From Candidatus Uabimicrobium helgolandensis (GTDB lineage Bacteria; Planctomycetota; Uabimicrobiia; Uabimicrobiales; Uabimicrobiaceae): a DNA stretch of 64,000 nt. Location: the NCBI RefSeq assembly GCF_041508025.1, contig NZ_CP165719.1, positions 736,023 to 800,022 on the forward strand, in the 5' to 3' direction. The notes below the pieces were generated by a model. It had not been told where the DNA came from and made no database searches. It was given only the letters and a program-made list of their open reading frames with translations. Below are positions 48,430 through 58,818 of this stretch, piece by piece; position 1 is the first letter of the stretch, and each line of letters opens with the position of its first letter. Both the position numbers and the translations under genes were made by a program.

Positions 48430-50295
48430 TTAATTTTTCCTAGGTATGGGCATAAATAAAGCGCTTATTTTTTCAGTTATATTTATGCTTGGTTCTGTTT
48501 TTATGGGAGTCCAGTTTTCACGAAAAAGTAATATCACAAAATCGCGATTGTCACACTTTAAATAGTTTGTTATCTCTGTGTTGATAACTTTTGCCAAATG
48601 CGAAGAAATATTATCATCTAAAAGGTCTGTATTGTATCCATAATTGTTGAGCGTACGTAGTTTTTTATTGTAATGAAAAGTGGTTTTATTTGTACTGTTA
48701 TTAGACAAATTATAGATTTCTCTAGTTTTGTATTTAACATAAAAACTCTTGATAATTTCAATATTGTTCTCACCTTTATCAATTACAATATCATTGCCTT
48801 GTTTGTTGAGAACAATAGCACTGCTATTGAACACTGTGTCTATACGAAAAAACTTTGTCTCCCATAAGTTAATAGGATAATTGTGTATAAAGAGTCCTTT
48901 ATCTTGTTTATACTTAAGATTTTCGCTTCCTTCACTAAATATTTTAGTAACAATAGATTTTTCTTTCCCTTGAATTCGATAGAGGTTTTTAGCTCCTGAT
49001 GAAATAGCTAAGAATTCTTTACTATAATATTTATTATTTTCTAATGGATAATAAATTGAAATTTGCTTCCCTATATTGGAAACACCTTTGGAAAAAAAAC
49101 CATAAAATAACACAACAGCGCAAAATACTAAAGCAATTGCAGGTATGCTAAAAATCAGATACAAGGTTTTGTTTCTTTTTCTTAGAAATGTAAAGTTAAT
49201 AGGACCGATGAATAAAAAATATAAAATCATCATTATGATAATTAAACTAAGTATAGGTGCACGTTCTTTTGTAAACATTGCTTGATCAATATAACTGTTT
49301 TCACTCCCCAGTTTAAAAATTTTTTCATGCACTGAAGGTGTTTTTTGTTTAGGTAAACATTGCAACCAAAAATTACTGGTAGACTCTGAACGAGCGTAGG
49401 TTTTTAGATCAACTCCAACATATGTTATTGAGCCATAATTGTAGTCTAATTTCCAAAACAAGTCTTTGATAATCGCTCGTTGTTGCGGATGAGCAAAACG
49501 ATATTGGGTTTTGGAAAAAACTAAATTTTCAAACGCCTTAGAAGTATGTGATTCAGTTGTAATTTCGTCCAGTTGAAAAAGGTGTTGCATAAATTTATTC
49601 TTTGATAGCCACAAATTACTGGCGCAACTGACGACTAAATGACCACCCATTTTTAACCAATTGAGTAGTGCTTGAGCCTTGTCGTTATTTACATCACCGA
49701 ACTCTAAAAAAGGACGATCGCTATTTATAATAATGACATCAATATTCGAGTATTCTAACCAGTGCGATGGCAAGTCTTGTACCCCTATTTGTTCTATTTC
49801 TACAGTACGATACTGCTTTAAATCGCGACGCATCATCGGAGCAAGAAAGGAGGCATCGAAATGCTTTGGAGGGCAGATATACAAAATCCTTAGCGCATTG
49901 TAACCCGAACGAGGTTGAACACTTGAGCGTATGATTTTTCGACTATTAGCAAATACAAAAAATTTAATTTCATAAGTATTGGAACTAACCTCGCCATACA
50001 ATCGAAAATAACGTCTACTACTTGGTAAAATTTCAATATCTTTGTCGATCGTTGTTTTTTTTCTCCAACTAGTAGAATGAGCTTGTAGAGAAATTGTTTG
50101 TTTTTTCCATGAACTGTTAGTTACTAATACACCAGATATGGTTATATATCCTCTTTCTGATGACGAGAAATTGGTTATGGCTTTGAGGTTTTCAATCTTT
50201 AAATTGTTTTTTGAAGATGTCAAATTTTCATACGACATGCTTTGGCTACAACAAAAAGAAAGAAATAAGTAATTTAATAATAATATTGTTCTCAT
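48430..50295 (-). CDS. Membrane-anchored accessory protein of the ABC operon (GldG-like architecture, hypothetical)
   Basis: 621 aa. It has an N-terminal signal/lipobox-like FLSFCCS, two central TM helices (LSLIIIMMILYFLFIG…, LYLIFSIPAIALVFCAVVLFYGFF) and large extracytoplasmic domains. Its stop lies 1 nt before the ATPase start. Confidence 0.55.
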   Translation of the reverse strand: MRTILLLNYLFLSFCCSQSMSYENLTSSKNNLKIENLKAITNFSSSERGYITISGVLVTNSSWKKQTISLQAHSTSWRKKTTIDKDIEILPSSRRYFRLYGEVSSNTYEIKFFVFANSRKIIRSSVQPRSGYNALRILYICPPKHFDASFLAPMMRRDLKQYRTVEIEQIGVQDLPSHWLEYSNIDVIIINSDRPFLEFGDVNNDKAQALLNWLKMGGHLVVSCASNLWLSKNKFMQHLFQLDEITTESHTSKAFENLVFSKTQYRFAHPQQRAIIKDLFWKLDYNYGSITYVGVDLKTYARSESTSNFWLQCLPKQKTPSVHEKIFKLGSENSYIDQAMFTKERAPILSLIIIMMILYFLFIGPINFTFLRKRNKTLYLIFSIPAIALVFCAVVLFYGFFSKGVSNIGKQISIYYPLENNKYYSKEFLAISSGAKNLYRIQGKEKSIVTKIFSEGSENLKYKQDKGLFIHNYPINLWETKFFRIDTVFNSSAIVLNKQGNDIVIDKGENNIEIIKSFYVKYKTREIYNLSNNSTNKTTFHYNKKLRTLNNYGYNTDLLDDNISSHLAKVINTEITNYLKCDNRDFVILLFRENWTPIKTEPSINITEKISALFMPIPRKN

Positions 50296-50543
50296 TAGAA
50301 CTTTCCCAAAAATATTACGTTTGAGTTATAAGGGACGCTCCCATAGAATGGAGACACCATTGTTTTATTCAAGTAAAACTACATTTCATTTTGTAATGTA
50401 GTTTCAGAGAACTGTACTCCTTAAACAAAGTATTCATATTTCGAAATAAAAAATAACAGTACAAAAGAATATTGCATTCTAAACAGCTAGAAATTATAAT
50501 CAAAAATCCACCGACTGCTAACTTTATTTTAGAAAGGCAACAG

Positions 50544-53500
50544 ATGATTCGAAAATTTATTGTATGTGTTTTTGCCATTTGCAGCTTAAACATTTACGCG
50601 AACGATGGGGTTATAAATGGTCGCGACGATGTTGAATTCGCAAAGGCCTTAGCTCGTAGTGGATATTATGATTTAGCAGAAGATATCCGCCAGCTTATCC
50701 AACAAAAAGGTTCTAGGCAACAACGTAAAGAAACAGAATTACTGAGATGTTTATTTATTAAAGAAAAAGCTCAGCGTGAACCTGACCCACAAAAAAAGAA
50801 AAACACATATAGCGAAGCTATACAATGTTACGAAAGTCGCCTCGGATCTGTTGGCGGAATTGAAAATGCAAAGTTAAAATTAGAGCTTGCCGATTTAATG
50901 GTAACACAAGCACAAGAAATTATTGAAGAAAGTCGTCAAAAAAACGAACAGATCTCAGGAGTAAATGAAATACTTGCTGGTGCAGGAAAACGTTTTCGCG
51001 AAGTTAAAAGTGAATATGACGATGCAGGAACAAATCTCGAAGCAAAATCAGCAACTGTTCGCGACAAAGCAAACCTTCGTTATCATTCGTGGTATGGTTT
51101 GTGCCGCGTTTACTATTTTCAAGGACTAGCCGGTGGCCAAGGCAAGCTAGATATGTGTAGCAGTGAACTAGAAAACTACATGGGTGATTATGAAGGGCTT
51201 ATTGGTTCTTACTACGCAATGCTACTTAACGGACTCGTTTTGCACGAGAAAGGTTCTTACGGTGACGCTATTATATTCTACGATGGAGTTTTACGCCCTC
51301 TTATGAATGTTGATCACCCCAAAGCTATAGAACTAAGTATTCAATCGTGCTACTATCAAATACAAACTTACAATAAATGGAAAAGATTTTCTAAATCTGC
51401 ACAACTTGCCGGTGACTTTGAAAAACATATGAATGACAAGTTGGCAGTGAAGTTGGAACGCGAAAGCTATGGACAAGCACTCTTATTAGAATTAGGTAGA
51501 GCTTATGTTGGTCAAGGTGAATATGGAAAAGCTCTTAAAATAGCCGAAAAAATAGCTGGTCTGCAAACTTACTGGTCAATAGTTGCTAAAAGATTACTAC
51601 TTGAGTGGGGAAAGTTAAGTCCGACGGCCTTACAAAATGCTAAAAATGCTCATTTAGTGGCGAGTGGACTTGCCAGTAAAGAAGAATATCACGAAGCTAT
51701 TCTTGCTTATCTTAAGGTGATTAAGTATTCTAAGAAAAAGTCTGACATTGCTAAGTATGCTATTGATTCTTGGGAAAAGATGGGGCAACTTTATTGGCAC
51801 CTTGGTTTATATCAAGAATCGGCAATGTGTTATGAAACATGTGCTACAAGTAAAAAATATCGCCTTAAAAAAGTAGTGGAAAAAAAGATAAATGGTAAAA
51901 TTGTTGAACAAAAAATTAGTATTACCGCAAAATCCGCTTACTGGGCGTATCGCGGCTTCAAAGAAGCCTACAAGCAAACCAAAGATGGCTACTTAAAAAA
52001 TAAATCAGATAAAATGCGTAATTATCTGGTTAAAAAATATAGTAATTCTCCTTATGCGAAAAACCTTTCCTATAGTGCGGCAGACGACAAAGAACGCATT
52101 GCTCGCTCCACAAAGAATTATGTTGCTTCTGCTAAGGCATACGAAAAAGCTGCTAATGCTTATCGTAGTGTTTCACCACAAGCAGATGCTTACGAACGTT
52201 CACTTGTGAATATTGGTAAGTGCTACTACAATGCAGCGAAGAAATATGAGCAAAAAAGTAAAACCTCAACAAAGAAGCCTGGCTCATTTCGTATGAATAA
52301 TAAATCCGAAAGCCTATACAAACGCGCAGTTTCGGAACTTAAAAATTATCATACCTACACAAAACAAAATCGTTTATCTGATTTAGAACTTGATAAAAAA
52401 TCTCGCCGTAAAGAAGCAATGGCAGAGTCCTTTTATTTCTTGGGACGTTCTTATTTAAGATTAAAAGATGTTGCTAGAGGAAGTAAGTATTTAGAGACAC
52501 TATGTGAAAGATATCCAGAACAGTCTGACATGTTAGCACAAGCAACTTATCTACTTGTTAAATCAAACCTCAATGCTAATAATTTAAAAAAAGCAGAGAG
52601 CTTTATTAAACGTACAGAAAAAATATATGGCGCAAAAGGTGGTTCTTCCGCAAGCGCTATCTATCGCAGTGCTGCTTACAACCTGGCTGGAAGAAAATAT
52701 TATTCTCTTGCTGCAAATGCTGACGAAAAATATGACGCTCTAAAAAAGAAAGACACTCTAGATCAAAAAGAACTAAAAAAAGCTTTGGATCTCAGAGTTG
52801 ATTATTACACAAAAAGCGCTGATTATTTGAATAAATGGTATTTGTATCGCAGCAGCTTAAAAGTAAATTCATTGGACTGGATTGCTAGTACACAAGTGAT
52901 CACTGCTAAATTGCTTAAAGAAACTGGACAAACACAAAAAGCAAATACAATGTTCAGTAGTGCACTTAAAGTATTTCGCAAGTGCCTTTCTCGTAATAAA
53001 GACCCTAAAAAAGAAAAAGAACTCCAAGAAAAAACAGCAGAATGTGCAATAGAAACAGGAAATTGGGAACAAGCAATTTATGTTTTTTATCCTATTTTTG
53101 CTCAAGACCGTATAGAACGCAAAGAGAAAAATGATTCTCAAACAGAAGATGCACTATACCTTGATTATTTATCGCGTATACTAGCAGGATTAGCGCAACA
53201 AGTGTCCTACAAAGACGCAGATAAACTACACAGTTTTTTGCAGACTTACCTCAGCAAGGAATTAGTAAGCGATATAAGTAAACATATTCCAACAAAAGTA
53301 TCAGAAACAGTATTTTATAACGAATACATTCGCGCACAAATTATTATTGCCAAAGTAAATGACTCGGCTCTAAGTGATGGTGAGCGTAAAGAATTGTCTG
53401 ATGAATTTAATAAGCAAAAAGATGAACTAAATCAAATCACAGAGGAAGAACGTCTTGATCGAGGTATTAAAACACTACAAGTGACATATCGCGACAAAGC

Positions 53501-53834
53501 TCTTAATCTCATTGAGGAAAAATTACCACAAAATTCAAAAGAAGCGCATGGAGATGCTGGACAACGTATCAAAAATATGTGTCTTTACTTATCATATGAC
53601 TACACATCTAAGCTTCTCGATCGCCTATCTCCATATCAAAATCCACAAGTTCGCTTTGGAAATTACGATAACCCACAGTGGTGGGAAACAAAATATCGTC
53701 AGTTTCTCATTTTGCAGTTACGTGGAGAAGGAGCAAGAGTCAAAGGGCTTATTAAAGCACTACGCCTCAATCAACGCAAAATGGGTGGACCTGTTTATCA
53801 AAGGAAATTTCAAGAACTGTCAGAACGTTCTTAG
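50544..53834 (+). CDS. Large (about 1100 aa) TPR-repeat protein with signal peptide (GltD/AgmU-like architecture)
   Basis: The start at MIRKFIVCVFAICSLNIYAN has AAAGG upstream. TPR-like repeats run throughout (many A/Y/L-periodic helices). Confidence 0.7.
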   Translation: MIRKFIVCVFAICSLNIYANDGVINGRDDVEFAKALARSGYYDLAEDIRQLIQQKGSRQQRKETELLRCLFIKEKAQREPDPQKKKNTYSEAIQCYESRLGSVGGIENAKLKLELADLMVTQAQEIIEESRQKNEQISGVNEILAGAGKRFREVKSEYDDAGTNLEAKSATVRDKANLRYHSWYGLCRVYYFQGLAGGQGKLDMCSSELENYMGDYEGLIGSYYAMLLNGLVLHEKGSYGDAIIFYDGVLRPLMNVDHPKAIELSIQSCYYQIQTYNKWKRFSKSAQLAGDFEKHMNDKLAVKLERESYGQALLLELGRAYVGQGEYGKALKIAEKIAGLQTYWSIVAKRLLLEWGKLSPTALQNAKNAHLVASGLASKEEYHEAILAYLKVIKYSKKKSDIAKYAIDSWEKMGQLYWHLGLYQESAMCYETCATSKKYRLKKVVEKKINGKIVEQKISITAKSAYWAYRGFKEAYKQTKDGYLKNKSDKMRNYLVKKYSNSPYAKNLSYSAADDKERIARSTKNYVASAKAYEKAANAYRSVSPQADAYERSLVNIGKCYYNAAKKYEQKSKTSTKKPGSFRMNNKSESLYKRAVSELKNYHTYTKQNRLSDLELDKKSRRKEAMAESFYFLGRSYLRLKDVARGSKYLETLCERYPEQSDMLAQATYLLVKSNLNANNLKKAESFIKRTEKIYGAKGGSSASAIYRSAAYNLAGRKYYSLAANADEKYDALKKKDTLDQKELKKALDLRVDYYTKSADYLNKWYLYRSSLKVNSLDWIASTQVITAKLLKETGQTQKANTMFSSALKVFRKCLSRNKDPKKEKELQEKTAECAIETGNWEQAIYVFYPIFAQDRIERKEKNDSQTEDALYLDYLSRILAGLAQQVSYKDADKLHSFLQTYLSKELVSDISKHIPTKVSETVFYNEYIRAQIIIAKVNDSALSDGERKELSDEFNKQKDELNQITEEERLDRGIKTLQVTYRDKALNLIEEKLPQNSKEAHGDAGQRIKNMCLYLSYDYTSKLLDRLSPYQNPQVRFGNYDNPQWWETKYRQFLILQLRGEGARVKGLIKALRLNQRKMGGPVYQRKFQELSERS

Positions 53835-53857
53835 ACAAAGAAAAGGAGGCTACATAA

Positions 53858-54976
53858 GTGGTAACTCTCAGGATAAATATGACAAGATTAGTTCAATGTC
53901 TGATCTTTATGTTAATTGCGATCCATATTGTATCGGCAGATACAATATATTTCAAAAATGGTACGTCGCGTACAGACGTAAAGATCATCAAGGATAGCTA
54001 CGCAAAAATTGCTTACGAATTGCGAAAGCGTACTGTGTCTGTGCAAACAGAAAGAGTAGATTGGATAGAATATTCCGATAGTCCTCAAGAACTTATCGCA
54101 GGTAGAGGAGCTTTAAACAAGGGTGATTACGAAGGAGCTGTTTCATTGATAAATAGCGCTGCAGAAGCTGCTAGTTTACCGCCGGCTGCAGGACCTTGGT
54201 TTTTTGTTTATAGTAACTATCTTTTAGGTAAAGCGTATCAAGGTTGGGCAGATAGTGATCCTCAACAATCTGATTTGTATAAAACTGCTATTAAGCATTA
54301 CCAAGACGCTGCATCTAAACCCGAAAGTCGTTACCTACATGAAAGTTATTTTGGTATTGCACAGTGTTACATTAATTTAAAAGAGTATAGCAAAGCTAGT
54401 CAATCTCTAAGTAAACTAGAAGCTGATGCTGGAAGAAATAGTTCTGACTACTGGAAAATACAAGCAACATTATGGCAAGGCCACAAATCTCTTGCCCAAA
54501 AAAGTTTTACTTCTGCCGTTAGCAAATATCAACGTGCGCAATCCTTAGCAAGTAAAAAAGAGTTGACCAAATTGGAACGCGAAGCAGCAATTGCCATTGG
54601 TAATTGTTACATCCAAGATAAAAAGTTTTCTCGCGCCAAAAGCCATTTTGAAAGCTTAAAAGACGCAGCAGAAAAAAATGATTACGAGCTTCTTGCTGCC
54701 GTTGAAAACGGCCTTGCTATGAGCCTTCTAGAAGAAGGAAAAATAACTTCGGCAAGGCGAAAAGCACTTAATGTTATTCTTGACTATTTTGAGGCAGAAG
54801 AAGAGCGCCCGCAAGCTCTGTTTATTGCTGGTTTGTGTAATGAAAAAGCTACAAAAGAGAAGAATCACTTAAAAAGAGCACAAGCATGCTACCGATTTCT
54901 AACCCAAGGTTATCCAGGTAATCCTTGGACAACAAAAGCACTGCGCCGGTTACAAAAAATTACGCAACAAGAATAA
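53858..54976 (+). CDS. TPR-repeat secreted protein
   Basis: The GTG start has a strong AAGGAGG 8 nt upstream. It has a signal peptide and TPR motifs (LGKAYQGWAD, AIGNCYIQDKKFSRAKSHFE). Confidence 0.7.
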   Translation: MVTLRINMTRLVQCLIFMLIAIHIVSADTIYFKNGTSRTDVKIIKDSYAKIAYELRKRTVSVQTERVDWIEYSDSPQELIAGRGALNKGDYEGAVSLINSAAEAASLPPAAGPWFFVYSNYLLGKAYQGWADSDPQQSDLYKTAIKHYQDAASKPESRYLHESYFGIAQCYINLKEYSKASQSLSKLEADAGRNSSDYWKIQATLWQGHKSLAQKSFTSAVSKYQRAQSLASKKELTKLEREAAIAIGNCYIQDKKFSRAKSHFESLKDAAEKNDYELLAAVENGLAMSLLEEGKITSARRKALNVILDYFEAEEERPQALFIAGLCNEKATKEKNHLKRAQACYRFLTQGYPGNPWTTKALRRLQKITQQE

Positions 54977-55196
54977 AATCATTGCAGTGTTATTGTCGTA
55001 CTGATACAATAGAAAAACATGTACTTTTTTGGTCGCTGCCCAAAAAATAAGTGACTTAATAAAAAAATTATGTAGGGATATCTCTCTTGTACAATAGATA
55101 CTTTTTTAAGTCACTTAATACTTTTGCTAGGTAGTTTTATCAGGTAATTCTGTAAAGAAATTTTTACAGAAAGTTCATTTATATAGAAAGGCAGTC

Positions 55197-55928
55197 ATGA
55201 GTAGCAAAAAACTGCTGTGGACAACATTATTATTGATAATGTCTCTATTTTGTGCAACCACTTTTTTAGGTGCACAAGACGACGCGGGTCTCGGAGAAGA
55301 ATTCCAAGACGATTATACTCTATGGGGTCTTATAAAAGTTTCAGGTCCTATTGGATGGTTAATTATTCTTCTATCTGTTGCGACCTTAGCACTTGCAATT
55401 GAGCACTTAGTATCTCTACGCCGCGATAAGCTCATTCCTCCTGATCTTTTGCAAGAAATTGAAGATCTATTTGAAGAAGAGGCTTATGAAGAAGTCATGG
55501 AGACATGTGCTGCTGAACCAGGCTATTTCACAAATGTAATCGGTGCAGCATTACCACGAGTTAACTCTGGTTATGATTCTATGATGGAAGCTGTACAGAG
55601 CATAAGTGAAGAAGAGTCTGTAAAATTACAGCAGAAAATCTCGTGGATGCAATTGATTTCAGCTGTAGCTCCGATGCTTGGACTACTTGGTACTGTAACT
55701 GGTATGATTGGGGCTTTTAGCCAAATCGCAACCATGTCTGGTGCACCGAAACCAAAAGACCTTGCGAAAGGTATTTACCAAGCGTTAGTTACTACATGTC
55801 TTGGACTCATCGTAGCGATTCCTGCTATTGCCTGTTATTTTTATTTCCGTAATAAAGTAGTTCGTATTAGTATGGAAATTAATGGTATATCTGAAGAATT
55901 GCTAGAACGTTTTAGACAAGATGCTTAA
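55197..55928 (+). CDS. MotA/TolQ/ExbB-family proton channel
   Basis: 243 aa with 3 TM helices and the conserved C-terminal channel helix region (GLLGTVTGMIGAFSQIA…TTCLGLIVAIPA). Confidence 0.85.
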   Translation: MSSKKLLWTTLLLIMSLFCATTFLGAQDDAGLGEEFQDDYTLWGLIKVSGPIGWLIILLSVATLALAIEHLVSLRRDKLIPPDLLQEIEDLFEEEAYEEVMETCAAEPGYFTNVIGAALPRVNSGYDSMMEAVQSISEEESVKLQQKISWMQLISAVAPMLGLLGTVTGMIGAFSQIATMSGAPKPKDLAKGIYQALVTTCLGLIVAIPAIACYFYFRNKVVRISMEINGISEELLERFRQDA

Positions 55929-55947
55929 AATGAAAAGGTAAAAAAAT

Positions 55948-56400
55948 ATGAAACGTCGCAAGTCTAAAGATATGGAAGATATCGAAATGGACATGACTCC
56001 CATGATCGACGTCGTCTTTAACTTAATCATATTTTTCATGTTAGTAACACAAATGGTAACTATTGAACGTGCAGAGTTAGAGTTACCAAGAGCAAGTAAC
56101 GCAGAAGAAGAGGAAGTCGAAGACAAAAATCAATTTATTGTTAATATCCATCAAAAACCAGATGAAGAAGGTCGTTGGATTGAAACAAGTCTTGGTAAAC
56201 ACTCGTGGGCAGAATTGTCTCAACTTCTTTACGAAGAAGCGCAAGCCAAATTTAATGAAAACGAAAATATCTCAGATCGCCAGGTATTAATACGTGCAGA
56301 CATTTTTACACCTTATCGTATGGTTCAACGTGTCATGATTGAGTGCTCAAAACAAAAAATTTACAAAGTTTCCTTTGCAACCAAAATACAATCTGAGTGA
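55948..56400 (+). CDS. ExbD/TolR-family biopolymer transport protein (paralog 1)
   Basis: It has the N-terminal DMTPMIDVVFNLIIFFM signature and TM helix. Confidence 0.85.
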   Translation: MKRRKSKDMEDIEMDMTPMIDVVFNLIIFFMLVTQMVTIERAELELPRASNAEEEEVEDKNQFIVNIHQKPDEEGRWIETSLGKHSWAELSQLLYEEAQAKFNENENISDRQVLIRADIFTPYRMVQRVMIECSKQKIYKVSFATKIQSE

Positions 56401-56416
56401 TTAAGGAGTTTTTCAC

Positions 56417-56917
56417 ATGGCTGTTTCTCGATCTTTAGAAAAAATAGCAAACGAAAAAGCAGATATGGACATGACACCAATGATTGATGTCACGTTCTTA
56501 CTGTTAATTTTCTTTATGTGTACTTTGCATTTTAAAGTTCTAGAAGGAATACTGCAAGCGCATTTACCCAAAGATCAAGGAATGCAGAACACATCAGCAG
56601 AAAAAGATCCTGAAGAACCTATCACCGTAAAAATATTAACATCTTCTAGAGATGTTACGGTTGTATGGGTTGGGAGCGAGCAATTTGAAGGTCAAAGAAA
56701 ATTTACGCGTTTGTTTAACAAAATACGTAGCATTGTACAAGCAAGTCCCAATTCTAATCCACCAGTCGTTATTGATCCCGACATTGATGTTCCTTTTCAA
56801 GATATAATTTCAACGCTGAATGCCTGTCGTAGAGTAGATGAGACCCGAGAAGGGAAAAAACCTCTACAAGTTAAATTTGCGGCTAAAGCGCTCGATGACT
56901 TGGAAGATGAAAATTAA
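56417..56917 (+). CDS. ExbD/TolR-family biopolymer transport protein (paralog 2)
   Basis: The signature is DMDMTPMIDVTFLLLIFFM. The RBS AAGGAG lies 9 nt upstream. Confidence 0.85.
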   Translation: MAVSRSLEKIANEKADMDMTPMIDVTFLLLIFFMCTLHFKVLEGILQAHLPKDQGMQNTSAEKDPEEPITVKILTSSRDVTVVWVGSEQFEGQRKFTRLFNKIRSIVQASPNSNPPVVIDPDIDVPFQDIISTLNACRRVDETREGKKPLQVKFAAKALDDLEDEN

Positions 56918-56933
56918 GAACTTTATATACAAA

Positions 56934-56967
56934 GTAGGGTGTCTCTGTTAAGGCGTGTGACACGCCC
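56934..56967. mobile_element. Degenerate mini-copy or footprint of the MITE (joined terminal repeats)
   Basis: tagggtgtctctgttaaggcgtgtgacacgccctgg. The left part resembles the TIR start tagggcgtgtc. The right part, gacacgccctgg, is identical to the right end of copy B. It also contains the palindrome ggcgtgtgacacgcc. Confidence 0.4.
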
Positions 56968-57354
56968 TGGTATTTGATATATGTTTATTATATATCAGTG
57001 CAACCAGGGACTCCTAATTTGGTAAAGTATTGTGTTTAGTCATTTTGATCTAACAATACTTTAAAATGTGTAATTGACAAAAGGAATAATGATTAGAGAA
57101 GTTTTAAATGAGTGGAAAAAATAGGACATGCTCTGGAAAGTCTTAAAATTATCAAATTTGGAAAAAGCAACTGTGTTGATTATTCTTTTCCGCTCATCTA
57201 CTCAATTTTCCTAAAAATTTTCAGGCCACTTTAAATCGAATTTCCAGGAACAGTTTGCAAATGTATTTTACATTGACCTACTGTTTTTGCTTTGTGGTCG
57301 CAAACCTAAATCCCACCAAAATAACAAGTATTCCAATAACAATGAGGAAAATTT

Positions 57355-58281
57355 ATGTCGCAAAATAAAACATCTATTGCATCGCGAAAAGAGTGGGTTT
57401 CCTTAGGCATTCTTTTCTTTATGGCCTGTGCGATAGGTACTTATATTGTATCTAATATCGAAAATGATATTAAAAAAATAAAAGACAGTTCTTCAAACGA
57501 CTACGAAGACTTTGAGTTAGAATATGACAAAGAGAAACAACAACAAATAAAGCCAACAAAATTTGTGGAAAAAAAGTTTACAGAAGAAAATATTCTAGAC
57601 TCAAAATATATAACGACTGAAGCCTATTATTATTTTGTTCACAAGCTTCTTTTTACGACTAATAAACAAATTGAAGAACAAACAGATCCTAATCTTGGAT
57701 GGCGCAATTTAATAAAAATTAAAGAACGCGATCAATTGCGTGGAAAATTTATGCGCATTAAGGGAGAGCTAGTAAAACTAGACAAAGAAGTCTTAAAAGG
57801 AAAATACGCAGACAAGCGAAATATTAAAGGCCTAGTGGTGTGGCGCGGCGTTATTTTCTCTTCCGATGGTCGCCTGTATTTATTTACTATTACTGATCCG
57901 CCAGAAGGTATCAAGAAAGGACAAGCTGTTGAACTGTACGCGATGTTTTTCAAAATATGGATTTATGAAACAACGTCCGGTGGTGAAGCAAAAAACCCAT
58001 ACTTTTTGGGAAAAAATGTTAAATTAATACCACAAGTTCAAACACATCAACAAAAGAAAATAACTGTAGTTTTTCTCCTCATATTTGCAATTACTTGTAT
58101 TTTACTAGGGTATGGAATTGTTGTAGAACGACAACAAGCGAAAAAATTTAGCAATGCTTATGCTGAACGAAAATTAAAGCGTCTGAAAGAAAAGCGCGAA
58201 AAGCGTGAGAAAAAAGTTGGTGAGAAAGACGAAAACGAGAAAGACGAAAACGAGAAAGATGAAGATAAAGATATCTCGTAG
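57355..58281 (+). CDS. Bitopic membrane protein with C-terminal KDENE repeats (hypothetical)
   Basis: It has an N-terminal TM and a second TM near residue 240. The C-terminus is EKDENEKDENEKDEDKD. The RBS GAGGA lies upstream. Confidence 0.5.
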   Translation: MSQNKTSIASRKEWVSLGILFFMACAIGTYIVSNIENDIKKIKDSSSNDYEDFELEYDKEKQQQIKPTKFVEKKFTEENILDSKYITTEAYYYFVHKLLFTTNKQIEEQTDPNLGWRNLIKIKERDQLRGKFMRIKGELVKLDKEVLKGKYADKRNIKGLVVWRGVIFSSDGRLYLFTITDPPEGIKKGQAVELYAMFFKIWIYETTSGGEAKNPYFLGKNVKLIPQVQTHQQKKITVVFLLIFAITCILLGYGIVVERQQAKKFSNAYAERKLKRLKEKREKREKKVGEKDENEKDENEKDEDKDIS

Positions 58282-58334
58282 AATTCTCTTTAACAGCCGT
58301 GTATAGGGCTACTGTTAAGAAATATAGGACTCAT

Positions 58335-58352
58335 TCCCTGCTCTCGCAGGGA
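58335..58352. terminator. Hairpin tccctgc-tctc-gcaggga between convergent genes
   Basis: A 7-bp stem and 4-nt loop, positioned after gene 57355-58281 (+) and after the SRPBCC gene (-). Confidence 0.5.
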
Positions 58353-58360
58353 GTAATATG

Positions 58361-58798
58361 TTATTGTAAGTTCTCAGCGCGTTTTTTCAAAGCGTTCATT
58401 GAATCGACTAAGCTGACGTTCTTTAATGTGTTCATTATTTTTTTAGGAACCCATAGCCCTAACTCTATTTCGAAATTACAAGTTGCTGATGTTGTTTGGT
58501 CGTTTACTTTAGCAAAGACGTAACTACCTTCAATGTTTTTGAGATCACCACCAACATAGCCCCAAGTTAGAGTGTGTTTTTCTTCGTCGTACTCGTAGCG
58601 CAGGGTATAGTTTAATTTTTTTACAAGTATTTTTACATCGTACTCTACAATAATAGGACGATTTTTTGTATCTCTTTCTAAAACAGATATGTTTTTGATT
58701 GTGTCTTGCCACTGTGGGTATGTTTCAAAATCGCAGATAGTTTTGTAGCATTTTTCGATATCTGTATTTATCATTATTGTTTTTTGTTGTTTTTCCAT
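58361..58798 (-). CDS. SRPBCC (polyketide cyclase/dehydrase-like, RatA-like) family protein
   Basis: 145 aa. INTDIEKCYKTICDFETYPQW is a typical SRPBCC N-terminal beta-strand/helix. The RBS GAGGA lies upstream. Confidence 0.6.
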   Translation of the reverse strand: MEKQQKTIMINTDIEKCYKTICDFETYPQWQDTIKNISVLERDTKNRPIIVEYDVKILVKKLNYTLRYEYDEEKHTLTWGYVGGDLKNIEGSYVFAKVNDQTTSATCNFEIELGLWVPKKIMNTLKNVSLVDSMNALKKRAENLQ

Positions 58799-58818
58799 CT
58801 TTTCCTCAGGAGTTACCT

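Noticed and set aside
50369-50593. ORF 50369-50593 (-) and hairpin aactacatt-N9-aatgtagtt (50377-50403) in the divergent intergenic region
   Set aside because: The ORF has no RBS and overlaps the promoter/5' end of the large TPR gene. The hairpin is AT-rich and weak. It is noted only as a possible regulatory site, without enough support to call it a feature.
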